Shown one piece after another: positions 13,704 to 24,139 of a stretch of DNA of 64,000 nt (within the stretch, counting starts at the first letter, position 1; the number at the start of each line of letters is the position of its first letter). Where the stretch lies: the NCBI GenBank assembly GCA_051294905.1, contig CM119376.1:23746001-23810000 (forward strand), read 5' to 3'. A model generated the notes under the pieces. That model saw only the letters and a program-made list of their open reading frames with translations, made no database searches and was not told the origin of the DNA. The DNA is from Botryllus schlosseri. Lineage: Eukaryota. Made by a program: the position numbers and the translations under genes.

Positions 13704-14996
13704 CAGCGGTTCTCAACCGGGGGTCCGCGAGACCTCTAAAGTTTTAGAATGGTTGATAACCTAATTTTTATTCTATTTTTTAATTTGAGAAAGCATGAAG
13801 CAGTTTCGCACCACAACTGCTGAAACCTCATGACTCATATCATCAAAATGTTGTTTTGTTGGGGTTTGTGGAAAAAATAAAAATATGGAGATAGTAACGT
13901 CAATCAGGGTGACTTCGTAATGTCTGCGAAACCTTTTCGATATGAAGTTAGCAGTCGTTTGAACAGTCGTTTGAAATAAAAATTTCCGAAGTATTTCCAT
14001 AATTTGTCGCAATGCAGGGAACAGCTTCTTGGAGGTACAGAACTTTAATATACAATTGAATAGCATATTCATATTGATATGGACCCGAATACTTTCGGCT
14101 GACACTCGTCATAAATCGGACAATGATATACCTACTCTTAAAGCTCGGCAATCAGATTTTGAGCATTCTTATTGCGGATTCCCTATCGACAAGGCTGATT
14201 TTTTGATGAACAAGGAGTGTTTCGTTGCTATCAAAGCATTACACTCCAACCCAGAAATTCATATCACAAGTTATATTGGTATGCAGCCTTGTCTTGTTAA
14301 TGTTCAATTGTTCATGGTCGAAAATGTTTGCTCGTAAATATATATGTATACCCGAACAGAACAAATCGTTTCATGACAGACTTTCTCTGGTAGGAAAACT
14401 TGGATCCATTCTTTGGAGCATAAAATTTGTCTATACTTTTAGATTAGGATTTCACTTTGACGGTAGAAACTCTCTGCGGGCCGATGAAAATGCCGTTGCA
14501 GGCCGAATTCGGCCAGCGGTCCGTATGTTGCCCGTCCCTGCGCTAGATGCTGGACGTGATGTGTTCATAAAATATGTGTTTTTTCATTTTGGTGCCATAA
14601 ATGTTGCGATCACACCAAAAGTATCGTCGGAAGCGTTATGCGTTAATATTGCATTAGCCTCCATCTATCTTTGCGGAAATGGTTTTCGGCACTCCTCGTT
14701 CATATCAAAACAAAGCCGCGGATTTTCAAGACACGACCACGTACTTCAAGAAATACCGCTGCAATATTAGCTTTGAAATAATAAAAGTCCACCAATTTCT
14801 ACATAAATAGTATGATGTTATCTTCAAGAAAAATCATTATTTTGCTGTTTATCACAAGCCTACAGTTCATATTTTCACAAGACAGATGAAGGTTGCACCA
14901 TAACAGAGCTAAAATTGTACTAAAACTTGAGGGGGTCCGCGAGGGTCCGTGACGGTCAAAAGGGGTCCGCGAGGCCAAAAAGGTTGAGAACCACTG
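13704..14996. mobile_element. hAT/Charlie-like non-autonomous element; related copy in opposite orientation at ~37821-39071
   Basis: Ends CAGCGGTTCTCAACC/GGTTGAGAACCACTG, subterminal GGGGTCCGCGAG repeats, perfect 8-bp TSD CACTAGGC. Internal sequence 14560-14760 matches 38080-38225 (rev-comp). Confidence 0.88.
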
Positions 14997-15017
14997 CACT
15001 AGGCTAACAGTTTGTAA

Positions 15018-15549
15018 CATAGTGTCCTATATGGCGTCGACACAGGCAAATCTCACGCCTCAGTGGGATTGTATCACGTCATAATTTCCATTTGGCTACA
15101 GGCAATTTGACGGTCATTTTTGACCGGCTTGCCAAGCATTAAATTTGGTAAGACGGGTATCAATCGAAAGCTGACTCTGCACTGATTACAAAAATATAAA
15201 TTTTATTCCGCTCGTGGAATGGACAATGCTGTCTGGTTCTTTTTCTCTTGAGCTACTCTCTCCTTTCGCCAGAGAGCATTGTTGCGTCACAATGCCAATC
15301 TCCATAACAATGAAAAATTCGAGGCTGGTTGTGGGAGTTCCAGGGCCACGAGCGGAATAAAATTTATATTTTCGTAATCAGTGCAGAGTCAGCTTTCGAT
15401 TGATACCCATTTTACCAAATTTAATGCTCGGCAAGCCGATCAAAAATGGCCGTCAAATTGCCTGTAGCCAAATGGAAATTGTGACGTGTTACAATTAATT
15501 TCATTGAGGCGTGAGATTTGCCTGTGTCGACACCATATAGGACACTATG
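15018..15549. mobile_element. MITE with ~205-bp TIRs, ~600 bp upstream of peptide precursor 1 ATG
   Basis: CATAGTGTCCTATATGG...CCATATAGGACACTATG inverted arms, flanked by GTAA on both sides (possible 4-bp TSD). Confidence 0.8.
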
Positions 15550-16148
15550 GTAACATAGTCCGATATTAAAGTCATACGGCAGGTCGTCAGTCATGTTATA
15601 ATATTTTTATTAAGTCCTACTCAAAACGACGCAAGGATATCCTATACACTGAAAAGATGTTGGGGAGTCGAACCGACTTGAAACATCCACGCACCCTACC
15701 TTAGCCTACATATAATGATAAACGAATTAAAATAAGAGGCATTAGCCTGTGCCTATTTGCCCTACGCTGGGACATGGGCACATCATAACACACATAGCAT
15801 GTAAATATAACACATAGATGTTCTCGACAAGACATAGGCCTATACTTCCCAGTATATTTGGTGAAGATAAATTTCCAGCAAGATAATAATTGAAGAAGGA
15901 TGGATGACCCATACAGCTATTGGAAAAGTACTCGAATTCAAATATTCGACGCCCACACGTGGCAATAAGCAACACTGCTGTGCAAACCACGAGAGGAACC
16001 TACAGAAGGTATATTAGACTTCACTTCCTCTTCATCGTTGTAGTGATATTTACACAATGCATATTATCACTATATATACCTGTATATATATGGGCGTATT
16101 TATTCGACAGTGTAGGTTTGAGAAGTACACTCGGGACGTAAGATTCTT

Positions 16149-17059
16149 GTGATGAAATTAGCGTTCGCTGCTCTTCTTCTCCTGGCTGTGGTAGCCGGGG
16201 GGTATGGTCGTACCATAAGTCACTACAAAAGTATATTGTGTAGACATCATACGCGGCACTACAGACATCTCTTCAATAAGTATCGTCGTCTGTATCTGGC
16301 AGCCAACAGAAACTATGCGGTCATGCTGAATCGCCAACGCCATATGGCTAGAATGCTGATGAGAACTGGTAACTCCCTCGTCAAACAAGCGCGCGTTATG
16401 AGAAAGTGGTAAGGTCCGATTTATCCTGAGACCAACACTAGTAAAATATGAAATGTGATTCTTTTACAGGAGAGGAGACGAAATTGAAGAATTAAAACCC
16501 ATTAATGATGAATCGTTCGACAGCGTCCCTGAAAACATCCAGGAACCCGATTTTGAACAAAATATCGAGAAAAGTGACCAGAAAACTGATCTCGATAATG
16601 TGGCCGACCACTTCGCCGATTCTGATGTAGAAAAGGACCAGTTATTGGCTTATGATGACCTTGATAAATCGGATCACGAAGGTATAGGTTTGCTTCATTG
16701 CTTATCACGCATGGCACTTTAGAAGCGACACGCTGCTGGCGTGCATGGCAGTCATTTATCAAATGCTGGAGATTGTAAATATAGTGATCTTATTGTGATT
16801 CAGACAGTCTCGATGTTGGCACCTCTATTGCGAAGTCCACTAGCGCACTGCAATGCCTTTTAAAAGACTTTGTTTTTCATTGATCCACTTTAGGCCTACA
16901 CATCTTTTAACCGGACCACATTTCTAAAAACTTCACTTGACATTTTGCGATACTTTCATAATCTACCAACTAATTTTACCATCGAACATTGACATAATAA
17001 CGTGACCCATTCATCTGGTTTGCATTGCAGAAGCCACGGAAGAAGCCAAAAGCGAATAG
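16149..17059 (+). CDS. Secreted cationic-peptide precursor 1 (signal + 68-aa Arg/His/Tyr-rich domain + G + acidic tail), 166 aa; putative antimicrobial/host-defence peptide
   Basis: Coding exons 16149-16408, 16470-16681, 17031-17059 (TAG); probable 5'UTR intron 16009-16115; AATAAA at 17209. Protein: MMKLAFAALLLLAVVAGGYG / RTISHYKSILCRHHTRHYRHLFNKYRRLYLAANRNYAVMLNRQRHMARMLMRTGNSLVKQARVMRKWR / GDEIEELKPINDESFDS...DDLDKSDHEEATEEAKSE. Gene model seen in sequence; function inferred. Confidence 0.85.
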
Positions 17060-18987
17060 ACCATGGACCGATACTACAAAACTGTGATGATCGATCCCGT
17101 GATATCCCATCACGAATTATTGTAATGATGTGTGTGATATGTATACTTGGGATTTTCAGAATCGTATTGATATGTTCGTGCATACGTAAAAAACTACATG
17201 GCGAATACAATAAATTTGTGCATTTGCAAGTTATACGTCTTCTTCTATCTTGTCGCATCACATGAGCCAAGGCGACAGTGAATAATCGCCGGGCCTTATA
17301 GACACTGAGCTATATAAACTATATGAGCTTATAGAACGTTGGGCCATTGCATGAATGGGAAAACGCGCAACAATATTCATATACGACAGATAAAAATTTC
17401 CCAAGGATGATGATGCCTCATTGTACAGAAAGATAGCCTACGTCATATCATATTTTATATGAACTGTAGAATAGCTACTGTTAATGTCGTGACAAGTCCA
17501 GGAACACTCGTGAGCAATCTGAGCATATGTTCAAAGGCAAAACCTTCCATACTATTGATCCGCTTGGTCGGATATGAAGACGTTAGTGTCCGAGCTCTTA
17601 GGCGCCAGGTCGTATAGAAATCGATGGTTTCGGTCAGGGATATCTAGATGTCCCTGGTTTCGGTCAACATGCGACGTTCATTTCTGGCAAGTTCTTTTAT
17701 CACCAACGATCTTTCTGGCTCTTAGTTTTAGAGCTGTACTTTACTGGCTGTTTTGTATATCCTGGAGCCCAAAAATTATGGGTTATTATGGGTTAAGCTT
17801 TTTCCATGCTCTTGCAGAACGAAAGCGAATAAGGCATGCTTAGGACTATAGCATCTACATGGCGTGTTAGGAGGGCCTGTGACCGAGCTAGCACAGCACT
17901 GTATACTGCACTAGGCCTTTATAAGCAATAAACCTTCGAAATAGAATAGAGTAGTAAATCTTTACTCAAGTAGGATACCAGTAAAAGTAGCGATTCCCAA
18001 GTATAGGTAAAAAGGGTAAGTAATCTGACCCTATAGTTTTACCTAAAACCTAAAAAAGACTGCCAAGTAGAAGTAGTCTGAGACCATACCTACTTGAGCA
18101 AGTAGTGCAAGTGGCCACAATCTACTTGAGTAGATAGAATAGAAGTACTTCGCTACTGGCCACACCTCAGTCAATAACAGAGGCAAGTAAATCGATCCTT
18201 TCTGCTGATCCATTAAAGTGAAATTATTTTAACTCCCCTTCCCGGACCGACAATTTGTTTAGTGGGCGCTTACCAATAAATCGATCTTTTGAAACGACTG
18301 AGATGAAATCAATACAAAATACAAATACAGTGGACAAATAATTATTTCACTCGTTAATCTGTTTCGGGTGGCCATGGATTCAATCATCTCTCTCTGTCTG
18401 TGATAACTTAATTCCTCAAATGGAACTAGTTGACTAATCGTAAATTAGGTACTTTGAGCAGGTAGAACGATGCCAATAGGAGCTTTTTGACACCACAAGA
18501 TACGGTTATAACTTGGATTGCATTTAAAACAAAAATCAAATAAAACAATTATGTTTAAAACATGGCCCTAGCTTAAAACATATTATTTATTGTTATTTTT
18601 AAGCCCCGATGTCGCGATTTTCAATTGTGTCGTCACAGTTGATTGTCGTTGTTATATGGTTTGGTCAACATGGTTCCTTTGACGGAAAAGCTTTCTGAGT
18701 CCTGTTTTAAACGGAACAAAAATATTGGTGGCCAGGACTCATTGTCATGAACCATTTTTACGGTCGGCGACCAGTTAAACATAACTACATGCTACAACTG
18801 CTGAACCGACGACAATTTCGTGTGTTGCAACCATTCCATATCGTATACGTTGACTGTATCTAATGCAAGTCGATCTTTGACGTCGACTACATGTCTTTTT
18901 GAAAGTATTTACACAATTATGACATCATTACACAACTCTTGAAAAAAATGGTTTTTATTTGAAATTACTTTTTTTCAAAACAAAGTC

Positions 18988-21376
18988 CAGTGTTGGGATG
19001 ACTCGAGTCATGACTTGACTCGAGTCAGACTCGAGTCACCTTTTTCGTATGACTTGACTTGACTCGAGTCACTTTGCTGAAATGACTTGACTTGACTTGA
19101 CTCGGCCTATCAGAAATGGGGATTGACTCGTGACTCGGAGCAAAATTCACGAGTCTATTTCAAGTCATCAAGTAATCGGTGTCGATCAGAATCACTGCAT
19201 CTTGCATATGTTCGGATTGTTAGCGAAACGCTGGTGTAACCCGTGAGAGCGACCAATCAATTAATGAACGTGCGTTTTACTGAGCCTCCATTGTTCTCTC
19301 ACAAATACATTAACCGCAAACGAAGTGATCGAAGCTTACAGCTTACGTTGCCGTAAACTAGTATAGTAAAGTAATTTTTGTTCTCTGTTTTACCTTAACC
19401 AAACTTCTTGTTTTATTGAAACTGAATTCGAATATAGTTTGTATCAGAGTTGGACCAATTACATTATTTCAGTTCAATTACAATTACAATTACAATTACT
19501 TTCATGCATGTTTCAATTACATTACAATTACAATTACTCCATGCTAAAAATATCAAATTACAATTACAATTACAATTACTCCTTGCACGCTTCAATTACA
19601 TTACAATTACAATTACAATTGCTGCTGTTGAACATGTAATTGAATAATCATAAATTCAACCGTGCTCCTTGACAACCGTAGCGTCGTAATTAACAACAAT
19701 TCAAGTATTCATGTTTCATTCATGATAAGCTAATACCCGGTAATTAATAAAAGAAAAACGTTTTCGAACTATTCCAGTATGCACTATGTCGTTGAAAAAA
19801 GTATTATAATCATGCACGGGTTGGATTTGCGTATATAGTATATAATTAAAGAAATAATATTATTTTTATCGAGGGACGTAGGAATTAGGATGAGTGGTGG
19901 AAACAAAACCGTGCTTTGTCAGATAAGACGTTGTATAATATCCGGTGGTCTGGTTAGTTAGCCAGACGAAGTAACGATGCAGCATCGTGATCTGAAATCG
20001 TATTGTAGATTGCCAACCCACGGATAGATGCGCAAGATGTGAGTCACGGATGAATGCACCGACAAACGTACTGCAGAGCCGGCTAAAAGCAGCAAACTTT
20101 GTAGTCCTAGAGCTGGCAATTCAAGCGTCCAAATTTGATGCATCTGGTCTTTATCGTAAGCTATTGATGCACTAATTCCGAAAATACAAATTAAAATCTC
20201 GTCAGGGCAATGCAACTGCTCCAAAATAGCCGTTTAAGGCCGACTGTTCTGAAAAGTGAGAGCGTCGCAGCAGCATGACCACAACAATGACCAATTACTC
20301 CCAGCGATTGTTCAGAACAATGCCGATTCCCAGACTTTCACGACTATTTTGGGATGGTACCATTGCCTGGAAATATACTTTTATTGCGGAGTCAGTGTGA
20401 CACATAGCTTTCGATTAGGACCATACATATCAAATTTCGACGCTTGGATCGTTAGCTATGGGACTATCAATTCTGCTGCTTTTAGCCGGCTCAGCAGTTC
20501 GCTTCTCGGCGTATTCAATCGTGAGTCACGTGTTGCGAATCCATCCGTTGGTTAGTAATCTAATAATTGTATACAATGGCAGCCGAGGCCAGCATAGCGG
20601 TAAAAATAAAAAACTTCGCCCGCAAGGGCGCAGTCAAGGGCTTCCTCGAATGGATCCACCAAATTCCTTGTCGACATTTAAAGAGAATGCATTATAAGTC
20701 AATTATTTTATGTTGTGCAACTTGTGCTTGTCAGGTCTCAATAGCAATTTAATGTAATTGAAATTGTAATTGAGCAAAATTTTTGTCAAATTACAATTAC
20801 AATTACAATTACACAAAATAAAAATGCTTCAATTACAATTACATTACAATTACATTGAAATATGTAATTAATTACATTACATTACATTACAAATTACAAT
20901 TGATCCAACTCTGGTTTGTATAGTCCTCAACCATTGGCGCAGGCTCGAATTGTATCATATCGATTTGTAAATGCGTAATGTATTGCATCTTATCAATTCG
21001 TATCTATTCCCTATCTTGGCTGGTAACTATAAACTGAGGTTTACGCATATGTGAGCGATACAGCGCCTTCTCGCATGTATATTTAACTTTATATTCGTTC
21101 ATCGGTTCAAAATCAATGACCACTCAATCTGTATTGCAGACAGCTAGCAAAATGCAATGGCGTTATCATGCCTCATACTTCGAAAAGGCAACTTGACTTG
21201 AATTGTGACTTGACTTGACTTGACTCGACTTGACTCGAGTCACCTCCAAAAATCGAGTGACTTGACTTGACTCGAGTCACCTTTGAAAATCGATTGACTT
21301 GACTTGACTCGAGTCAAAATGTTCAATGACTCGAAATGACTCGTGACTCGAAGGTAGTGACTTGATCCCAACACTG
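18988..21376. mobile_element. hAT-type element of the GACTCGAGTC family (CAGTGTTGGG ends), interrupted by an ATTACA-repeat MITE
   Basis: Ends CAGTGTTGGGA/TCCCAACACTG. After removing 19445-20913 it is colinear (rev-comp) with the uninterrupted copy at 45596-46553. Confidence 0.85.
19445..20913. mobile_element. hAT-type MITE with (ATTACA)n subterminal arrays
   Basis: TIR CAGAGTTGGACCAATT/AATTGATCCAACTCTG; perfect 8-bp TSD GTTTGTAT (19437-19444, 20914-20921). Confidence 0.88.
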
Positions 21377-22121
21377 TTGTAAACATGTTTTGAACAAACA
21401 GTTTTACCACACTTCTTGTTTTAAATACAACCCTATAGTTATAACCTATTTTGTTATGGATCGCTTTTGGTTAAAAAAAATGCAACATCCTGTAGTGTAG
21501 ATACCAATCTGTTCATATGTTATGATCTATGTCCATGTCCAGCAATGCCATTCGTGGGATGGTTCGAGGCATTGGAAGTGGAACACTGTTATCGGAGTTG
21601 TTTTTTACGCACGCATTCAGTGGCGTATATTCGCCACATTTCAGAAAGACCCAAATGTCAGACTTGTACCAACTAATCTGGATTTTCAGAATGCGCAGCT
21701 ATTATAGATCAAGAACTAGGCTACTTCATTTTCAACGCTCGCAACTAGCACTGGAACCACTCAAAATTAGCAGTTAGTCGATCTTCAACTAACTATATTG
21801 GTAATTTGTAGAAGTCTGGAATCATCAAGCGAGCAAGCGTGAGCAATTGGGCACGGAGCAAGCTCCTCGAATTTTCACTATAAATTCATTCCGTCACATT
21901 AAAGTCCGGAATTGTGTTTTGTTTTCAACTCAACACCGATGTCTTCGCACGTCGCAGACCGCTTTCGAGGCATGTCAGATCTGACATTCCTATGACACTG
22001 AAAGAGTTCACAGAGTTTGTGGTAATATAGTATATATCTTTCATTGATATAATATTTAAGCGTCGGGACATATAGACAGGTCGCCATAGCAATTCTCATG
22101 ATTGCTTGAGAGCATTTGATG

Positions 22122-24139
22122 CAGGGTTGTAATGACTCGAGTCAGACTCGAGTCACGATTTTTTTATGACTCGACTTGACTCGAGTCATTTTCTTGAAAT
22201 GGGAAAATGACTCGACTCGACTCGAGTCAATATTTGGATTGACTCGACTTGTACTCGAGTCATTACGCATGACTCGACCCAAGTCATTGACTCGGCTTAT
22301 TTTATATGACTTGAAGATGAAGAAATTTGCGAATCGTAATGGCTAGATCAACGCATCCGACGAATTCTGCCGACATCGCTATTTGTCACCACTGCTTTCG
22401 TTGCACTTGTCTGATATCAGATATGCCACCGTAAAAACAACAGGAAATGATACATAGTAGCAATAATGCATTGTACAAAATCGTCCAGTGATGAAGAGGT
22501 AATAGATCCTCCGCAATTAAAGTACTCAAGACTTTTCAATTATACAAGCAAACAATTGAAGCAAAATTAGAGCCAATGAAATGACTCAGATGGTCAAGAG
22601 ACTGATAAGCTCATGTGTAGATTTGAAGGCGATGATTCTTTGCATTTTTGGGCGACTAGAAAGAATGAGTATTCAATGCTCTTCAGTGTGGTTCAAAAAT
22701 GCTCTAGTGCACTAGTGGAACGTGTATTCAATAGATGTGGATTCATTCTACGGCCATGCCGCTTTAACATATCTGAGGATCTCCTTTCCACATTAGTATT
22801 TTTGAGGTGTAACTCATTGATTTGATCTGCTGTCTGTGAAGACACACAATGCCCCTCGTCCATTTGACGTTTTGTTAGGTATGTGCATTGTGCACGTGAG
22901 TATAATAATAAATGGATAATGTTGTGTGATGTTTGTACAATATGGCTGTTCTAAAATATCTTCTTTTTTATTTTACTGGGTGGTTACTTGATAAAATTGT
23001 TATGTTGCATAAAAGGAACACTGAATCTGGCTTAATTTGAAAAAAGTGGAATCAATGATGTGAGAGGAGAATATTTTGGATTTGAAAATAAATGGAGTAT
23101 TTTAGTTAGAAATTCTCTCACATAATATAATTACATAGTAGTAAGCCGACTATTCTTTCATATCCAAAACATTCTACTCTAATAACTTCACTTTTTCTAG
23201 TTGGAATTGAGTCAAATTTGCTATGAATCATATTTTTACACAATGTAACAATATTATGAGATAGCCGGTAAAATTCTAAAATCTCTATTTGTAATTAGTC
23301 TAAAATTTTCTTTCACAGCATTGCTTTCTACTGGTTGGAATTGAGCCAAATTTGATTTTTTAGGCAATCTAGTAATTTTAAGAAGTAGCCGGAAAATTTG
23401 AAAAAATGTTTTTGAACAGCTCCATTGTACAAATATTTATCCAATGCTGTAACTGCGATGTAGTCTGTAATGCAATTGGGAAAACCTTTAGTATAATCAA
23501 AAGGTATCTGTTCTGTTGTCGCTGCACAATGCACATAGTTGCATGCACGCTTTTACAGCATGCTCGCCTGTTGTAAATACCTCTACATAAACATGCATCT
23601 ATTGATTCTCTATCAACTAGTATCTTGCCGTGAATTTGTTGGTTCTCTATCAGATAGTATGTAGACGTGAATTCGTTGGTTCTCAATCAGCTATTCGTGA
23701 GCTATCGTCGATGTGCTCATAATAAAAACTGAATGCTTGTATTGGTGATGTTTCTGACTGACAAGAGAGATATTTGATTGTAAGTTCAAAGATTAGTAAA
23801 GTTATATTTAGCATCGGTAAATGAGGCAAGGACCTGTCCGTTATCTGCCTAAATAAACACGTGCCAAGACTCTGATAGGGACAAAATGAGCATGTTTCGC
23901 AAACAAGGAATTCGATATCACCCAAGCAGGATTGAAAACATGAGTTGAACATATGACTTCAATACTGTGACTTGGACTCGACTCGAGTCATAACACCATG
24001 ACTCGGACTTGACCCTTTAAACGGTGACTTGGACTCGGACTCGAGTCTGTGATGAATTGAAAATGACTCGACTCGAGTCAAAACCACAAAAGTATGATTG
24101 ACTCGTGACTCGTGACCATGTGACTTGGTTACAACCCTG
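22122..24139. mobile_element. hAT deletion derivative (GACTCGAGTC family) retaining a transposase C-terminal relic
   Basis: Ends CAGGGTTGTAA/TTACAACCCTG; TSD ATTTGATG/ATTCGATG (7/8); carries a hAT dimerisation-domain relic and a nested MITE at 22941-23424 (TSD TTGTACAA). Confidence 0.85.
22613..22825 (+). pseudogene. hAT transposase C-terminal dimerisation domain remnant
   Basis: DSLHFWATRKNEYSMLFSVVQKCSSALVERVFNRCGFILRPCRFNISEDLLSTLVFLRCN fits the L-x-FW...YP-x-L...S-x-x-x-ER-x-FS...R-x-x-L...L-x-FL-x-x-N pattern, with the IPAT segment lost. Confidence 0.8.

Larger units (their letters stand above)
18514..21435. mobile_element. Nested MITE complex; outer element of the TAGGGTTGCATTTAAAAC family (other copies ~24842-25233, ~34808-35020, 39524-40057, ~42262, ~56220-56585)
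   Basis: Outer ends TGGATTGCATTTAAAAC/TTTTAAATACAACCCTA. The intact copy 39524-40057 has TSD GTTGCATC/GTTGTATC (7/8). The outer element is interrupted by the elements at 18988-21376 and 19445-20913. Confidence 0.75.

Noticed and set aside
14225-14770. 181-aa ORF, the longest in the track
   Set aside because: Lies wholly inside a TSD-bounded hAT MITE and spans a nested repeat end; no domain, signal or splice support.
16804-16890. Alternative last exon for peptide precursor 1 (DSLDVGTSIAK...)
   Set aside because: Phase-compatible, but the exon at 17031 is acidic, short like the paralogue's last exon, and followed by AATAAA; not excluded without cDNA.
19439-19647. ORFs rich in LQLQ/YNYN/ITIT
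   Set aside because: Translations of (ATTACA)n subterminal repeats.
20458-20697. Third signal-peptide gene (MGLSILLLLAGSAV...)
   Set aside because: Inside nested transposons, mirrored by its inverted arm, with no cationic domain, RGD or acidic exons.
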